Positions 10,758 to 20,878 of a stretch of DNA of 64,000 bases are shown here, piece after piece. This DNA comes from Bacteroidetes bacterium MED-G13 (lineage in GTDB: Bacteria > Bacteroidota > Bacteroidia > Flavobacteriales > Flavobacteriaceae), in assembly GCA_002457735.1 (NCBI GenBank), contig NTKO01000003.1, forward strand, positions 10,248 to 74,247. The letters run 5' to 3'. The position numbers and the translations under genes were made by a program. Below the pieces are notes generated by a model. That model had not been told where the DNA came from and did no database searches. It was given only the letters and a program-made list of their open reading frames with translations. Position 1 is the stretch's first letter. Each line of letters begins with the position of its first letter.

Positions 10758-12095
10758 ATGAAAAGAACCCTAATTAAAAACGGAAAATTAATCAATGATG
10801 AAAAAATATTTGAGTCCGATATACTAATTGAAAATGGGGTTATTTCAAAAATTGATAAATCTATCAATATAAATTATCCTAACACAAAAGTTATTGATGC
10901 TGAGGGGAATTATATAATGCCAGGTATTATTGATGATCAAGTCCATTTTCGTGAACCTGGGTTAACACATAAAGCAAATATATTTTCAGAATCGAGAGCA
11001 GCTGTTGCAGGAGGTATAACTTCTTATTTTGAAATGCCAAATACAACTCCAAATACTACTTCTGTTGGGCTACTTCTTGATAAATTTAAAATTGCACAAG
11101 AAAATTCTATTGCAAACTACTCATTTATGTTTGGGGGGACTAATAACAATCTTGAAGAAATATTGAAAATAAATAAAAAAGAAGTGCCTGCTATAAAACT
11201 TTTTCTAGGTTCTTCTACCGGAAACATGTTAGTTGATGATCCAAATTCACTTGAAAATATTTTTTCCAATGTAGATATTCCAATTGCAGTTCATTGTGAG
11301 GACGAAACTACTATTAAAAATAACTTGAAGCTTCATATTGAAGCTTTTGGAGAAGAAATACCTGTAACTTATCATAATAAAATTAGAAGTGAGGAGGCTT
11401 GTTATTTATCTTCAAGTATGGCAGTATCGTTGGCAAAAAAAACGGGAGCTAGGTTACATGTTTTTCATATTTCAACAGCTAAAGAATTGTCATTATTTGA
11501 AAATATACCATTAAGAGATAAAAAAATTACATCTGAAGTATGTATTCATCATTTAAATTTTAGTGAGGAAGATTATATAAAATTTGGATCGAAGATAAAG
11601 TGGAATCCATCTATAAAAACAAAAAATGATCAAAATGAGTTGTGGAAAGCATTAAATACAAATCTAATTGATGTCATTGCAACTGATCATGCCCCTCATA
11701 CTTTTGATGAAAAACAAAATAATTACCAAAAGTGTCCATCAGGTGGTCCATTAGTACAACATTCATTAGTTGCTATGCTAGAAGGGTATCATGATGAAAA
11801 AATAACATTGGAGAGAATTGTAAAAAAAATGTGTCATAACCCCTCTATTCTTTTTGATGTAAAAAATCGAGGATATATTTCTGAAGGGTATTATGCTGAT
11901 TTAGTTATATTCAATTTAAATAAACCGTGGACAGTTACTAAGGAGAACCTTCTTTATAAATGTAATTGGTCTCCGTTTGAAAATAAGAGTTTTAAATCAC
12001 GTATTTTACATACTTTTGTTAATGGTAATTTAGTTTTTTCAAATGGAAAATTAATTGACGAATTTATGGGCATGAAAATAGAATTTGATAGATGA
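10758..12095 (+). CDS. pyrC: dihydroorotase (amidohydrolase superfamily)
   Basis: 445 aa with metal-binding DDQVHFREPG near the N-terminus and VIATDHAPH further on. Confidence 0.85.
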   Translation: MKRTLIKNGKLINDEKIFESDILIENGVISKIDKSININYPNTKVIDAEGNYIMPGIIDDQVHFREPGLTHKANIFSESRAAVAGGITSYFEMPNTTPNTTSVGLLLDKFKIAQENSIANYSFMFGGTNNNLEEILKINKKEVPAIKLFLGSSTGNMLVDDPNSLENIFSNVDIPIAVHCEDETTIKNNLKLHIEAFGEEIPVTYHNKIRSEEACYLSSSMAVSLAKKTGARLHVFHISTAKELSLFENIPLRDKKITSEVCIHHLNFSEEDYIKFGSKIKWNPSIKTKNDQNELWKALNTNLIDVIATDHAPHTFDEKQNNYQKCPSGGPLVQHSLVAMLEGYHDEKITLERIVKKMCHNPSILFDVKNRGYISEGYYADLVIFNLNKPWTVTKENLLYKCNWSPFENKSFKSRILHTFVNGNLVFSNGKLIDEFMGMKIEFDR

Positions 12096-12541
12096 AAAAT
12101 TTTTTACTTTTATTGGTTTTCATCTTTGTTTTTAATTGTTCCGAGAAACAGACTATTCCAAAAAATATTATACCTATGGAAACAATGTCAGAAATTATTT
12201 ATGACATGACACTAATAAGTGTTTCTAAAGGAGTAAATAGAAAAATTTTGGAAAATAATGGATTTAAACCCACATCCTACATATTAAAAAAATATGAAAT
12301 TGATACTACTGACTTTATTACAAGTAATAGATATTATTCATCGAATCTAGATATGTATTTATCCATTTATCAAAATGTTTTAAATAAATTAGAGAAAAAT
12401 AAGCAGATAATTTCTGATAGTTTGAAAAGAGAAAATGAAAAATCTATTAAACTAAGAGAACAAAAATCTGATAAACAAAAAATGGACAAGCTAACCTCAC
12501 CAGTAAAACTATTTAGTTCAAAAAAATCTAAATCAGAATAA
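12092..12541 (+). CDS. lipoprotein (DUF4296-like)
   Basis: 149 aa with signal peptide plus lipobox (VFNCS). Overlaps the pyrC stop, as this family commonly does in Flavobacteriia. Family assignment is from memory. Confidence 0.5.
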   Translation: MKNFLLLLVFIFVFNCSEKQTIPKNIIPMETMSEIIYDMTLISVSKGVNRKILENNGFKPTSYILKKYEIDTTDFITSNRYYSSNLDMYLSIYQNVLNKLEKNKQIISDSLKRENEKSIKLREQKSDKQKMDKLTSPVKLFSSKKSKSE

Positions 12542-13833
12542 TGAGTAAATTTATTTTAGAGTTAAAATGGAGAAATATGTTACATGATCTCACACCTGGG
12601 GTCGAAGAATTTATTTCCAAAAAACCTAAGTCAGCTTATATAGGTTTTGATCCAACTTCTGACTCATTACATATTGGAAGTTTAGTACCCATAATGTTAC
12701 TTGCACATTTTCAAAGACATGGACATAAACCAATCGCATTGATTGGTGGTGCAACAGGAATGATTGGAGACCCGTCAGGAAAATCATCTGAGAGAAATTT
12801 GTTAGATGAACAAACTTTAATTTTTAATCAGAAAAAAATTAAAAAACAACTTTCGAAGTTTTTAATTTTTGATAGTAAGAAAGATAATGGCGCCGAGGTT
12901 TTGAACAACCATGACTGGATGAAAAGTATCTCATTTTTACAATTTATTCGTGATTATGGTAAGCATATTTCCGTTAATTATATGATGTCAAAAGACTCTG
13001 TAAAAAATAGAATTTCATCTGAAAATACATCTGGAATGAGTTATACAGAATTTTCATATCAAATGGTTCAGGGTTATGATTTTTTGCATGTAAAAAGAAA
13101 TTATGATTGCTACATACAAATGGGTGGAAGTGATCAATGGGGTAATATTACTACTGGGATGGAATTAATTAGAAGAGTTGACAGTGATAAAGGTTATGCA
13201 CTAACCTGTCCTTTAATTACAAGAGTAGATGGTAAAAAGTTTGGAAAGTCTGAACAAGGAAATATATGGTTAGATAAAACTAAAACATCTGTTTTTAGAT
13301 TTTATCAGTATTGGTTAAATACATCAGATGAAGATGCTGAAAAATTCATCAAAATATTCACTTTTTTAGCTAAGTCAGAGATAGATGAATTAATCAATGA
13401 GCACAAGAAAGCTCCTCACATGAGGATTTTACAAAAGAAATTAGCTGCTGAAATCACCACTATTGTTCATAGCGAAGAAGAAATGAATAAGTCTAGCGAG
13501 GCTTCAAATGTTTTATTTAGTAAATACTTCCATAATGAAATCAGTAAGATTGACGAAAAAACATTTTTGGAGATTTTTGAAGGAGTTCCTTCAGCTGAAA
13601 TTAAATACCGTGAATTAAAAGGTGGCATCGAGATTATTAAACTTCTAAGTGAAAAAACAGGATTTTTAAGTTCAAACTCCGCTGCTAGAAGATCTCTTGA
13701 TGAAAATTCAATTTCTGTAAATAAAACTAAGGTTGATTTGACTTATATTATAGAAACAAAGGATTTAATAAATGATAAATATATTCTACTCAGTAAGGGA
13801 AAGAAAAATACTTTTTTAGTAAAGTTTAATTAG
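12541..13833 (+). CDS. tyrS: tyrosine--tRNA ligase
   Basis: 430 aa with a HIGS (HIGH-type) motif, KFGKS (KMSKS-type) and a C-terminal S4-like domain. Confidence 0.95.
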   Translation: MSKFILELKWRNMLHDLTPGVEEFISKKPKSAYIGFDPTSDSLHIGSLVPIMLLAHFQRHGHKPIALIGGATGMIGDPSGKSSERNLLDEQTLIFNQKKIKKQLSKFLIFDSKKDNGAEVLNNHDWMKSISFLQFIRDYGKHISVNYMMSKDSVKNRISSENTSGMSYTEFSYQMVQGYDFLHVKRNYDCYIQMGGSDQWGNITTGMELIRRVDSDKGYALTCPLITRVDGKKFGKSEQGNIWLDKTKTSVFRFYQYWLNTSDEDAEKFIKIFTFLAKSEIDELINEHKKAPHMRILQKKLAAEITTIVHSEEEMNKSSEASNVLFSKYFHNEISKIDEKTFLEIFEGVPSAEIKYRELKGGIEIIKLLSEKTGFLSSNSAARRSLDENSISVNKTKVDLTYIIETKDLINDKYILLSKGKKNTFLVKFN

Positions 13834-14801
13834 AGCAGTAAATTACATCCTCTAGTATCTGAATGATCTATTCTTCCCATTATTTCAAAACTTCCATTTT
13901 TGTGTAATGACCCCATATCCTCAGTAGCAATAAAGCTGCAAGAATTTACATTGGCTAAATCTATTATATTGATTCCGCCACTTTTATTATTACTGTATAT
14001 GAAATTTGGATCATTTATATCTCGGATAAGAATTCTCATCCAATTGGGGCATGAAAAAATTCCATCCCCTTTGGAATATGCCTGTGAAAGCAGCTCGGTC
14101 ATTCCATATTCACTATGTATTTTTTTAAGTCCAGTTCTTTGTTTTAAAGTTTCATGAAGTTCTTTTTTAATCATTTCTTTTCTTCGCCCTTTCATTCCTC
14201 CTGTTTCAATTATAATGGTATTTTTTAAATTTAAATTCCTATTTTCTGTTAAGTCTAGTAGTGCATAGGAAACTCCAAAAAGAATCACTTTTTTATTTCC
14301 CTTACATAGATTTTTTATTTTTTCAATAATAAAGTCATATTGGCCTAGAAAAAAACCACTCTCATTGGACTTAGATAGTTTAATTAGATTGTCAACCATA
14401 TAAATCAAGGACGAGTTTTTGTTTTCCATATAATTTGGTAATAACCCTAATATCACGAAGTCTTTGGGGTGTCCATAATTGTCCATGAAATTCTTCATAA
14501 AGGATTTTTCATAGATATTTATATCACTTACATAATGCTTGCTGAGATTTTCATTTGTTGTCCCACTGCTATGGAACACTTTATCATATTTTTTTGCGCA
14601 CATTACCGTGTGAGATTTGAAAAATGAAATGGGTAAGAAAGGAATTGCAGAAATTTCTTTAATATTTGCTGGAGTTTTTTTTAAAAGATCACAATACGAC
14701 TTGTATACAGGATTATTTTTGTATTGAAATTGAAAAATATCAAAAGTAATCTCTTGAAAGTTTTTGTGATCAACATTAAATATTTTATCAGCAATTATCA
14801 T
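13830..14801 (-). CDS. LuxE/PaaK-like acyl-protein synthetase / acyl transferase
   Basis: 323 aa adenylate-forming-like protein (HSSGTTNE, ETGGMKGRR, YGMTEL). Confidence 0.6.
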   Translation of the reverse strand: MIIADKIFNVDHKNFQEITFDIFQFQYKNNPVYKSYCDLLKKTPANIKEISAIPFLPISFFKSHTVMCAKKYDKVFHSSGTTNENLSKHYVSDINIYEKSFMKNFMDNYGHPKDFVILGLLPNYMENKNSSLIYMVDNLIKLSKSNESGFFLGQYDFIIEKIKNLCKGNKKVILFGVSYALLDLTENRNLNLKNTIIIETGGMKGRRKEMIKKELHETLKQRTGLKKIHSEYGMTELLSQAYSKGDGIFSCPNWMRILIRDINDPNFIYSNNKSGGINIIDLANVNSCSFIATEDMGSLHKNGSFEIMGRIDHSDTRGCNLLL

Positions 14802-14812
14802 AGACCTTAAAA

Positions 14813-14839
14813 TAAAAAAAGGAGCTTTTTAGGCTCCTT
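14813..14839 (-). terminator. intrinsic terminator after the LTD/T9SS gene
   Basis: On the minus strand the stem AGGAGC/GCTCCT with a 7-nt loop is followed by a long U-run. The plus strand also carries a T-run. Confidence 0.6.
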
Positions 14840-14866
14840 TTTTTGAAAACACAATTTTAATCGGGT

Positions 14867-16527
14867 TTATTCAACAATTATCTTTTTAGTTACAAAACTA
14901 TTTTCAGAGGATAATTCAACTAAATAAATACCTGACTGTAAATTTGAAATGTTAATTGTTTTTGAATTAATCGATTGTAAAACTACTTTTCCAAGAATAT
15001 TGAAAATTTTTGTTTCAAAATCCGAATTAATTCCATCAATATTAATATAGTCACCAACTACAGGGTTTGGATATAATTTGACATTACTAAATTGATTTTC
15101 ATTTATACTAAGTTGCACTTCTGTTCCCGGTGTTCCTGAATTTTCACCATCCCCATAAGGTTGTAATGAAATTCCCCAATTTTCTCCCAGGTCGTTATCT
15201 ACACTGTTGTAAGCATCTGGGGAAAGCGCCATACTAAATGAATTAGGATCTGGGAATGTACCTCCATCATCATAGGCAACCATATCAATTACGACTCCAC
15301 CGCAACTAAGTATTACTTCATCATAACCATTACCAAGGGTAAATTTGTATTTGTACCCCATGCATAATCAACTTCAGCGCCAGAGTTCAGCACTGGATCT
15401 GTTTCTTCACCAAGAACAAGAAATCCTCCAGCTTCAATTACTAAACTTTCAAAAATAGTAAAGGCATTGGACCCTTCGTCTCTAACTGACCAATCTTGTA
15501 AGTCAATAGCTGAGTCACTAGTATTGTAAATTTCAAACCATTCTTTTCCATCGTCACTTCCATCAGCATTATTCAATATTTCTGTGATTATTACAGATCC
15601 CACATCAGGACAATCTACACAGGTTGGCGCATAGAAAATTACAGTATTATTTGCTGCTGTGCTTTCATCATTATTATATAAGACAATTGAAACCTGATAA
15701 GTAAGACCACATGTAACTGTGATAGTAAATGGTGAGATAGGATTATCGAGCATTTCAGTTTCAACCATATTTCCTTCAGCATCCATTGATTGAAATGCTA
15801 AAGTGGCGTAACCATCTACTCCAAGTTCAAAATTGGATATAGAAAATGCAACTGCAACTTCAGATGTTCCTGGTGCAAGTGTAACCCCATTTGCGGGGGA
15901 AGTAATTAATACAGAAACATCGTTTGAGCACTCTGCAACATGGGAACCAAGACCAGATGAGTCATTTTGTTCAGTTACAATCCACTCGGAGTCTTCTTCA
16001 TTTGTGCCTCTAGATGCATCCCAATCTGAATTACCTTGACATACACTACTCTTTCTAGTTAAGGTATGATTTTTTGTTGCCTCAACAACTCCAGCAACAT
16101 CCCATCCATCTCCTGGATCTCCATTAAAATCTCCGATAAAATCAATAACTGAATATTGTTCTTCTGTACCTAGTGCAAGTGCATAGCCATCATCTCCATT
16201 ACTTAAATATTGGTGAAAATGGTCAGCAGTAGCTGTTATCTCGTCACTAGCACTTGGGTGTGCTATCACATACACATCGCCACTAGCAACAACAGCTCCT
16301 TCTGGGAAGTCATTCCAATATTCATGCATACCAGGTACATCAGGGTCATTTGCTACACTAGGGAAGGCATAGTTGCTTAAATCAACATCTTGCCCTGTAC
16401 CATTATATATCTCTAAAAATTTATTATTCCCCGATCCTTCTCCATATTGACTAAAAAACAGATCGGTAGTTTGAGAAAAAGAAGCAGTAGTAATAAGCGT
16501 TAATAAAATAATGTAAAGTTTTTTCAT
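14867..16527 (-). pseudogene. secreted lamin-tail-domain (LTD) protein with T9SS C-terminal sorting domain, interrupted by a 1-nt frameshift (or sequencing error)
   Basis: Two overlapping ORFs (15313..16527 and 14867..15361) together encode one protein: signal peptide, LTD 1 (NKFLEIYNGTGQDVDLSNYAF), LTD 2 (EWFEIYNTSDSAIDLQDWSV) and a T9SS CTD (LYPNPVVGDYINI...IYLVEL). LTD 2 is split across the junction: ...AEVDYAWG is in one frame and YKYKFTLGNGYDEVILSCGGVVIDMVAYDDGG in the other. The break is at the G4 run, which is CCCC at 15356..15359 on the plus strand. Confidence 0.7.
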
Positions 16528-16681
16528 AGGTATAATTTTTCACAAATTTAAAAAAATTATAAGATTAAATGAATTAAATTGTTAATGAATCATGACTTAA
16601 TTATTATTTTTGAGTTAATTAAATTAAAATTAATATCTATTGGATCATATTTACTTACTTTGTTATTAAACTAAACTTTAC

Positions 16682-17359
16682 ATGAAAGCTGAAACTTTTA
16701 AAATTCTCTTAGTAGATGATGAACCAGACATATTGGAAATTCTTTCTTATCCTTTAAAAAATGAAGGTTTTCAAGTGTACACGGCTTCTAATGGATTGGA
16801 AGCAATAAAGCTTGCGAAAGATATTAAACCTCACTTAATTGTATTGGATGTCATGATGCCTGAGATGGATGGTATTGAGGCTTGCGAAATAATTAGAAAG
16901 GATACAAAAATTAGTAATACTTTAATTACTTTCCTATCAGCTCGAGGAGAGGATTACAGCAAGATAGCTGGTTTTAATGCTGGTGCGGATGATTATATTA
17001 CTAAACCAATAAAACCAAAAGTTTTAGTTAGTAAAGTAAAATCATTACTAAGAAGAATTTCAGAAAAAAAATCTGATCTGATTGAGACAAAAAATTTAAT
17101 TATTGATCGGTCAGGTTACAAGGTGATAGCTAACAACAAGGATATTTTCCTTCCTAGAAAAGAGTTCGAGTTATTATTTTTACTAGCATCTGAGCCAGGA
17201 AAAGTATTTAAAAGAAATTTAATTTTGGATTCTGTTTGGGGTAAAGATGTTGTAGTTGGTGATAGAACAATTGATGTGCACATGAGAAAATTGAGAGAAA
17301 AAATTGGGAATCATTATTTTAAAACGGTGAAAGGGGTTGGTTATAAACTTGATGATTAA
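16682..17359 (+). CDS. OmpR/PhoB-family response regulator
   Basis: 225 aa with a receiver domain (DDEPD, phospho-acceptor in LDVMMPEMDG) and a winged-helix Trans_reg_C domain (VHMRKLREKI). Confidence 0.9.
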   Translation: MKAETFKILLVDDEPDILEILSYPLKNEGFQVYTASNGLEAIKLAKDIKPHLIVLDVMMPEMDGIEACEIIRKDTKISNTLITFLSARGEDYSKIAGFNAGADDYITKPIKPKVLVSKVKSLLRRISEKKSDLIETKNLIIDRSGYKVIANNKDIFLPRKEFELLFLLASEPGKVFKRNLILDSVWGKDVVVGDRTIDVHMRKLREKIGNHYFKTVKGVGYKLDD

Positions 17360-17362
17360 GTC

Positions 17363-18442
17363 ATGGCTATTTCTGTAAAATCCAACCCATATTATTTTAC
17401 ATTTATTACATCAGCTTTCATATCCATAATTAGTCATTTTATTAAAAATTTAGATGAAATATTAGAGATAGATTGTATGGGAGCTTGTTTGATAAATAGT
17501 TTTAATGAAATTATTTTTTCACCTAAATCTTTAATCAACTCTTTTATATTGTTTATTGTTTGTTTTTTGATTATCCAAATTAGAATCGAAAAGAGTTTTT
17601 TAATAAATATTAAAAAGATTTACAATGACTTGGATTATAAAAAGGATTCCATTATTTCAACGTCAACTATTGTTACGGATATGGATTCCATAATTGATGA
17701 TGTTGGAGATTATGTAAAAATAAAAAAAGGGGAGATCGAATCCTTAAAAAAAGCTGAGGAGTATAGAAAAGAGTTTGTTGGAAATGTAGCTCATGAACTA
17801 AAGACTCCACTTTTTTCTATTCAAGGTTATATTTCTAATCTTTTAGATGGTGCATTTAGAGATAAAGCATTACTAAAAAAATATTTAAATAAAGCAGATA
17901 AAAGTATTGAAAGATTGACGTTTATTATCAAAGATTTAGATTTAATCACACAAATAGAATCTGCTACATTAGTTCTTAAAAAAACTTCTTTTAATATAGT
18001 CAAATTAACAGAAGAAATTTTAGATGATTTGGAAATCAATGCTTCAAAGAAAAAAATTAAACTAGTTTTTGATAAAGATTACAGTTCCCCAATTGAAGTC
18101 TATGCTGATAGAATCAGAATAGAGCAGGTTTTGACCAATTTAATCTCCAATTCTATTAATTATGGCAGTTATAAAGGTACGACAGAAATTAGCTTTGATG
18201 AAAGTGGTGATAAATTATTGGTTAAAGTGACAGATAATGGAGACGGAATCATAGAGGAGAATATGCCAAGGCTTTTTGAGAGATTCTTTAGAGTTGATGT
18301 AAGCAGAAGTCGTGAACACGGGGGCTCAGGATTGGGATTAGCAATAGTGAAGCATATCATTGATGCTCATAATGAAAATATATTTGTTCAGTCAACCCCT
18401 GGGATTGGTAGTGAGTTTTCCTTTACTCTTGAAAAAAATTAA
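17363..18442 (+). CDS. sensor histidine kinase
   Basis: 359 aa with N-terminal TM segments, H-box FVGNVAHELKTPL, N-box and G-boxes (DNGDGI, GGSGLGLAIV). Confidence 0.9.
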   Translation: MAISVKSNPYYFTFITSAFISIISHFIKNLDEILEIDCMGACLINSFNEIIFSPKSLINSFILFIVCFLIIQIRIEKSFLINIKKIYNDLDYKKDSIISTSTIVTDMDSIIDDVGDYVKIKKGEIESLKKAEEYRKEFVGNVAHELKTPLFSIQGYISNLLDGAFRDKALLKKYLNKADKSIERLTFIIKDLDLITQIESATLVLKKTSFNIVKLTEEILDDLEINASKKKIKLVFDKDYSSPIEVYADRIRIEQVLTNLISNSINYGSYKGTTEISFDESGDKLLVKVTDNGDGIIEENMPRLFERFFRVDVSRSREHGGSGLGLAIVKHIIDAHNENIFVQSTPGIGSEFSFTLEKN

Positions 18443-18460
18443 ATCCTTAAAATATAAATA

Positions 18461-19150
18461 TTGGGAAGTAAAAATAAATTAAAAAGGTTTAAAGAAAATC
18501 TAACTTTTGATAATGTTATTCAGCCAAGCAGAGAGGATTTACTTAATGGGAATTTTAAATTTAAAGCAAAATGGCTTAGTGAAGTCTTTAAAAATGACAA
18601 TCCAATTGTATTAGAATTAGGCTGTGGAAAAGGAGAATATACACTTGGGTTAGCAAAAAAAAATCCTAAAAAAAATTTTATTGGAATTGATATTAAAGGA
18701 GCAAGGTTTTGGAAAGGTGCAAAAGATGCTATTGATCATGGATTAAAAAATGTTTGTTTTGTAAGATGCCAAATTGAACTAATTCTAGAAATTTTTCAAG
18801 AAAATGAAGTTTCAGAAATTTGGATTACCTTTCCAGATCCGCAAATTAAATCAAAAAGAGAAAAACACAGATTAATTAATTTACAGTTTATTGAAATTTA
18901 TAAAAAAATTTTAGCTAAGAATGGAAATATTCATCTAAAAACAGATAGCGAGTTTTTACATGGCTATTTATTGGGGTTGATCAAATCAACAAGTTTTTTG
19001 AGTTTAATTTACTCCAATCATGATATATATAAATCTTTAGAAGTGCCAAAAGACGCAGTTGAAATAAAAACATTTTACGAACTAAAGTTTTTAAAGCTTG
19101 ATAAGCCAATAACATATATTCAGTTTGAATTCATTGAAAATGGAAAATAA
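18461..19150 (+). CDS. trmB: tRNA (guanine46-N7)-methyltransferase
   Basis: 229 aa with SAM-binding LELGCGKGEY and ITFPDPQIKSKREKHR. TTG start; there is no ATG upstream of the conserved core. Confidence 0.9.
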   Translation: MGSKNKLKRFKENLTFDNVIQPSREDLLNGNFKFKAKWLSEVFKNDNPIVLELGCGKGEYTLGLAKKNPKKNFIGIDIKGARFWKGAKDAIDHGLKNVCFVRCQIELILEIFQENEVSEIWITFPDPQIKSKREKHRLINLQFIEIYKKILAKNGNIHLKTDSEFLHGYLLGLIKSTSFLSLIYSNHDIYKSLEVPKDAVEIKTFYELKFLKLDKPITYIQFEFIENGK

Positions 19151-19469
19151 ATCATCTTTTTATTCAAGAGTATATGAAATCGTAAAATTAGTTCCTGTTG
19201 GAAGAATAACAACGTATGGATGCATTGCAAAATATCTTGGTACTGCTTCTGGCGCAAGAATGGTCGGATACGCAATGAATGTTTCTCACTCTGATAGTGA
19301 AATACCAGCACATAGAGTGGTTAACAGGAACGGAATACTTACAGGAAAACATCATTTTGACGGTGTGAATTTAATGCAGGAACTTCTTGAAAGTGAAGGT
19401 ATTGTTGTTAAGAATGACAAAATAGTTGATTTTGAAAAAATTCTTTGGGACCCGATGATTGAATTATAA
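19125..19469 (+). CDS. MGMT-family DNA-binding protein lacking the acceptor cysteine (alkyltransferase-like, ATL)
   Basis: The HTH/Asn-hinge region is conserved, but the active-site motif reads IPAHRVV instead of PCHRV. An alternative ATG lies at 19140. Confidence 0.8.
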   Translation: MNSLKMENKSSFYSRVYEIVKLVPVGRITTYGCIAKYLGTASGARMVGYAMNVSHSDSEIPAHRVVNRNGILTGKHHFDGVNLMQELLESEGIVVKNDKIVDFEKILWDPMIEL

Positions 19470-19503
19470 ATAAATTGTTGTTACTATTTTTTTTTATTCG
19501 TAG

Positions 19504-19511
19504 TATATTTG
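19504..19511 (+). promoter_or_regulatory. Bacteroidota -7 promoter box (TATATTTG) upstream of the Mrp gene
   Basis: Exact TAnnTTTG match. It overlaps the TTG at 19509 used by the ORF track, so the real start is probably TTG 19521 or GTG 19527. Confidence 0.45.
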
Positions 19512-20633
19512 CACAAAGTTTTGGAAGTGGAATTATCAAAAAAAAATATATTATCATTAATTGAAAAAATTGACATAAATGATATTAAAATTTTAAATGT
19601 CAATATTTTTAGTAATGAAGTGCTGTTTGATGTAGAAACTAATAATCCTACACTTCAATCCAAAAAACATATTGAAAATAAAATTAAAGATGTACTCAAA
19701 GATAATTTTGGATCCGATTTAATTTTCAAGTTTAACTTTATTATTAAAAAAGAAGATGTTCCAAAAAAAACAATCAGGGGCAGTGAGATTCCAGGAATTA
19801 AGAATGTTTTAGCAATTGCATCTGGAAAAGGAGGGGTTGGAAAATCAACAATTACTTCAAATATTGCTATTAGCTTATCAAATATGGGCTTTAAAGTTGG
19901 AATTTTAGATGCTGATATTTATGGCCCGTCAATTCCAATTATGTTTGATATTGCTGATGCTAGACCTTTAAGTGAAAATCATGAAGGAAAAAATAAAATG
20001 AAGCCAGTTGAAAGCTATGGAATTAAAATTTTATCAATTGGATTTTTTACTAAGCCTGACCAAGCGGTAATTTGGAGAGGTCCAATGGCATCTAAAGCAT
20101 TGAATCAGATGATATTTGATGCACATTGGGGAGAATTAGACTTTCTTTTAGTCGATCTTCCCCCAGGAACAGGAGATATTCATTTAAGTATTTTACAGTC
20201 TTTACCTGTCACAGGAAGTGTAATTGTTAGTACTCCTCAAAATATTGCTCTTGCTGACGCTAGAAAAGGAATTGCAATGTTTAATCAAAAAACAATTAGT
20301 GTTCCTGTACTGGGACTTGTTGAAAATATGGCATATTTCACTCCCCAAGAGCTCCCTAAGAATAAGTATTATATTTTTGGAAAAGATGGAGCGAAGAACT
20401 TGGCTGAGGATATGAAAGTATCATTTTTAGGTGAAATTCCATTGATTCAAAGTATTCGTGAGGCTTCTGACTTTGGACATCCAGCTTCCCTTCAAAAAGA
20501 ATCAAAAATTTCATTAACTTTCAATGAAATAACAAAGAAACTCATAACAGAATTAGTAAAAAGAAATAAAAATATGCCTCCATCCGAGGTAGTAAAGATA
20601 ACAACAATGGCAGGATGTTCTGCCGTCAAATAA
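19509..20633 (+). CDS. Mrp/NBP35/ApbC-family Fe-S cluster carrier ATPase
   Basis: Deviant Walker A motif ASGKGGVGKST, a CxxC-less Mrp core and an N-terminal DUF59-like domain. The start is uncertain (19509, 19521 or 19527; all non-ATG). Confidence 0.9.
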   Translation: MHKVLEVELSKKNILSLIEKIDINDIKILNVNIFSNEVLFDVETNNPTLQSKKHIENKIKDVLKDNFGSDLIFKFNFIIKKEDVPKKTIRGSEIPGIKNVLAIASGKGGVGKSTITSNIAISLSNMGFKVGILDADIYGPSIPIMFDIADARPLSENHEGKNKMKPVESYGIKILSIGFFTKPDQAVIWRGPMASKALNQMIFDAHWGELDFLLVDLPPGTGDIHLSILQSLPVTGSVIVSTPQNIALADARKGIAMFNQKTISVPVLGLVENMAYFTPQELPKNKYYIFGKDGAKNLAEDMKVSFLGEIPLIQSIREASDFGHPASLQKESKISLTFNEITKKLITELVKRNKNMPPSEVVKITTMAGCSAVK

Positions 20634-20635
20634 AA

Positions 20636-20878
20636 ATGGAGAAAACAATAAAAAATAATATAGAAAATGCCCTAGATGAGATTAGACCCTTCCTAAAGAA
20701 TGATGGAGGAGATATCTCTTTAGTTGGGGTTGAGGATACAACTGTTAAAGTAAAGTTTGAGGGTGCATGCTCAACTTGTACAGTTAATCAAATGACTTTA
20801 AAATCTGGAGTTGAAATGATTATTAAAAAGCATGTTCCTCATATTGAAAACGTAATAAGTGTTGGTGATATTAAGTAA
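20636..20878 (+). CDS. NifU C-terminal-domain protein
   Basis: MEKTIKNNIENALDEIRPFLKNDGGDISL...GACSTCTV (CxxC) is Nfu-type. The ATG at 20636 is preferred over the track start, which overlaps the Mrp gene. Confidence 0.85.
   Translation: MEKTIKNNIENALDEIRPFLKNDGGDISLVGVEDTTVKVKFEGACSTCTVNQMTLKSGVEMIIKKHVPHIENVISVGDIK

Noticed and set aside
15313-15361. The overlap of the two LTD ORFs as a programmed recoding site.
   Set aside because: Only a plain G4 homopolymer is present, with no slippery heptamer or stimulatory structure. A mutation, phase variation or sequencing error is more likely.
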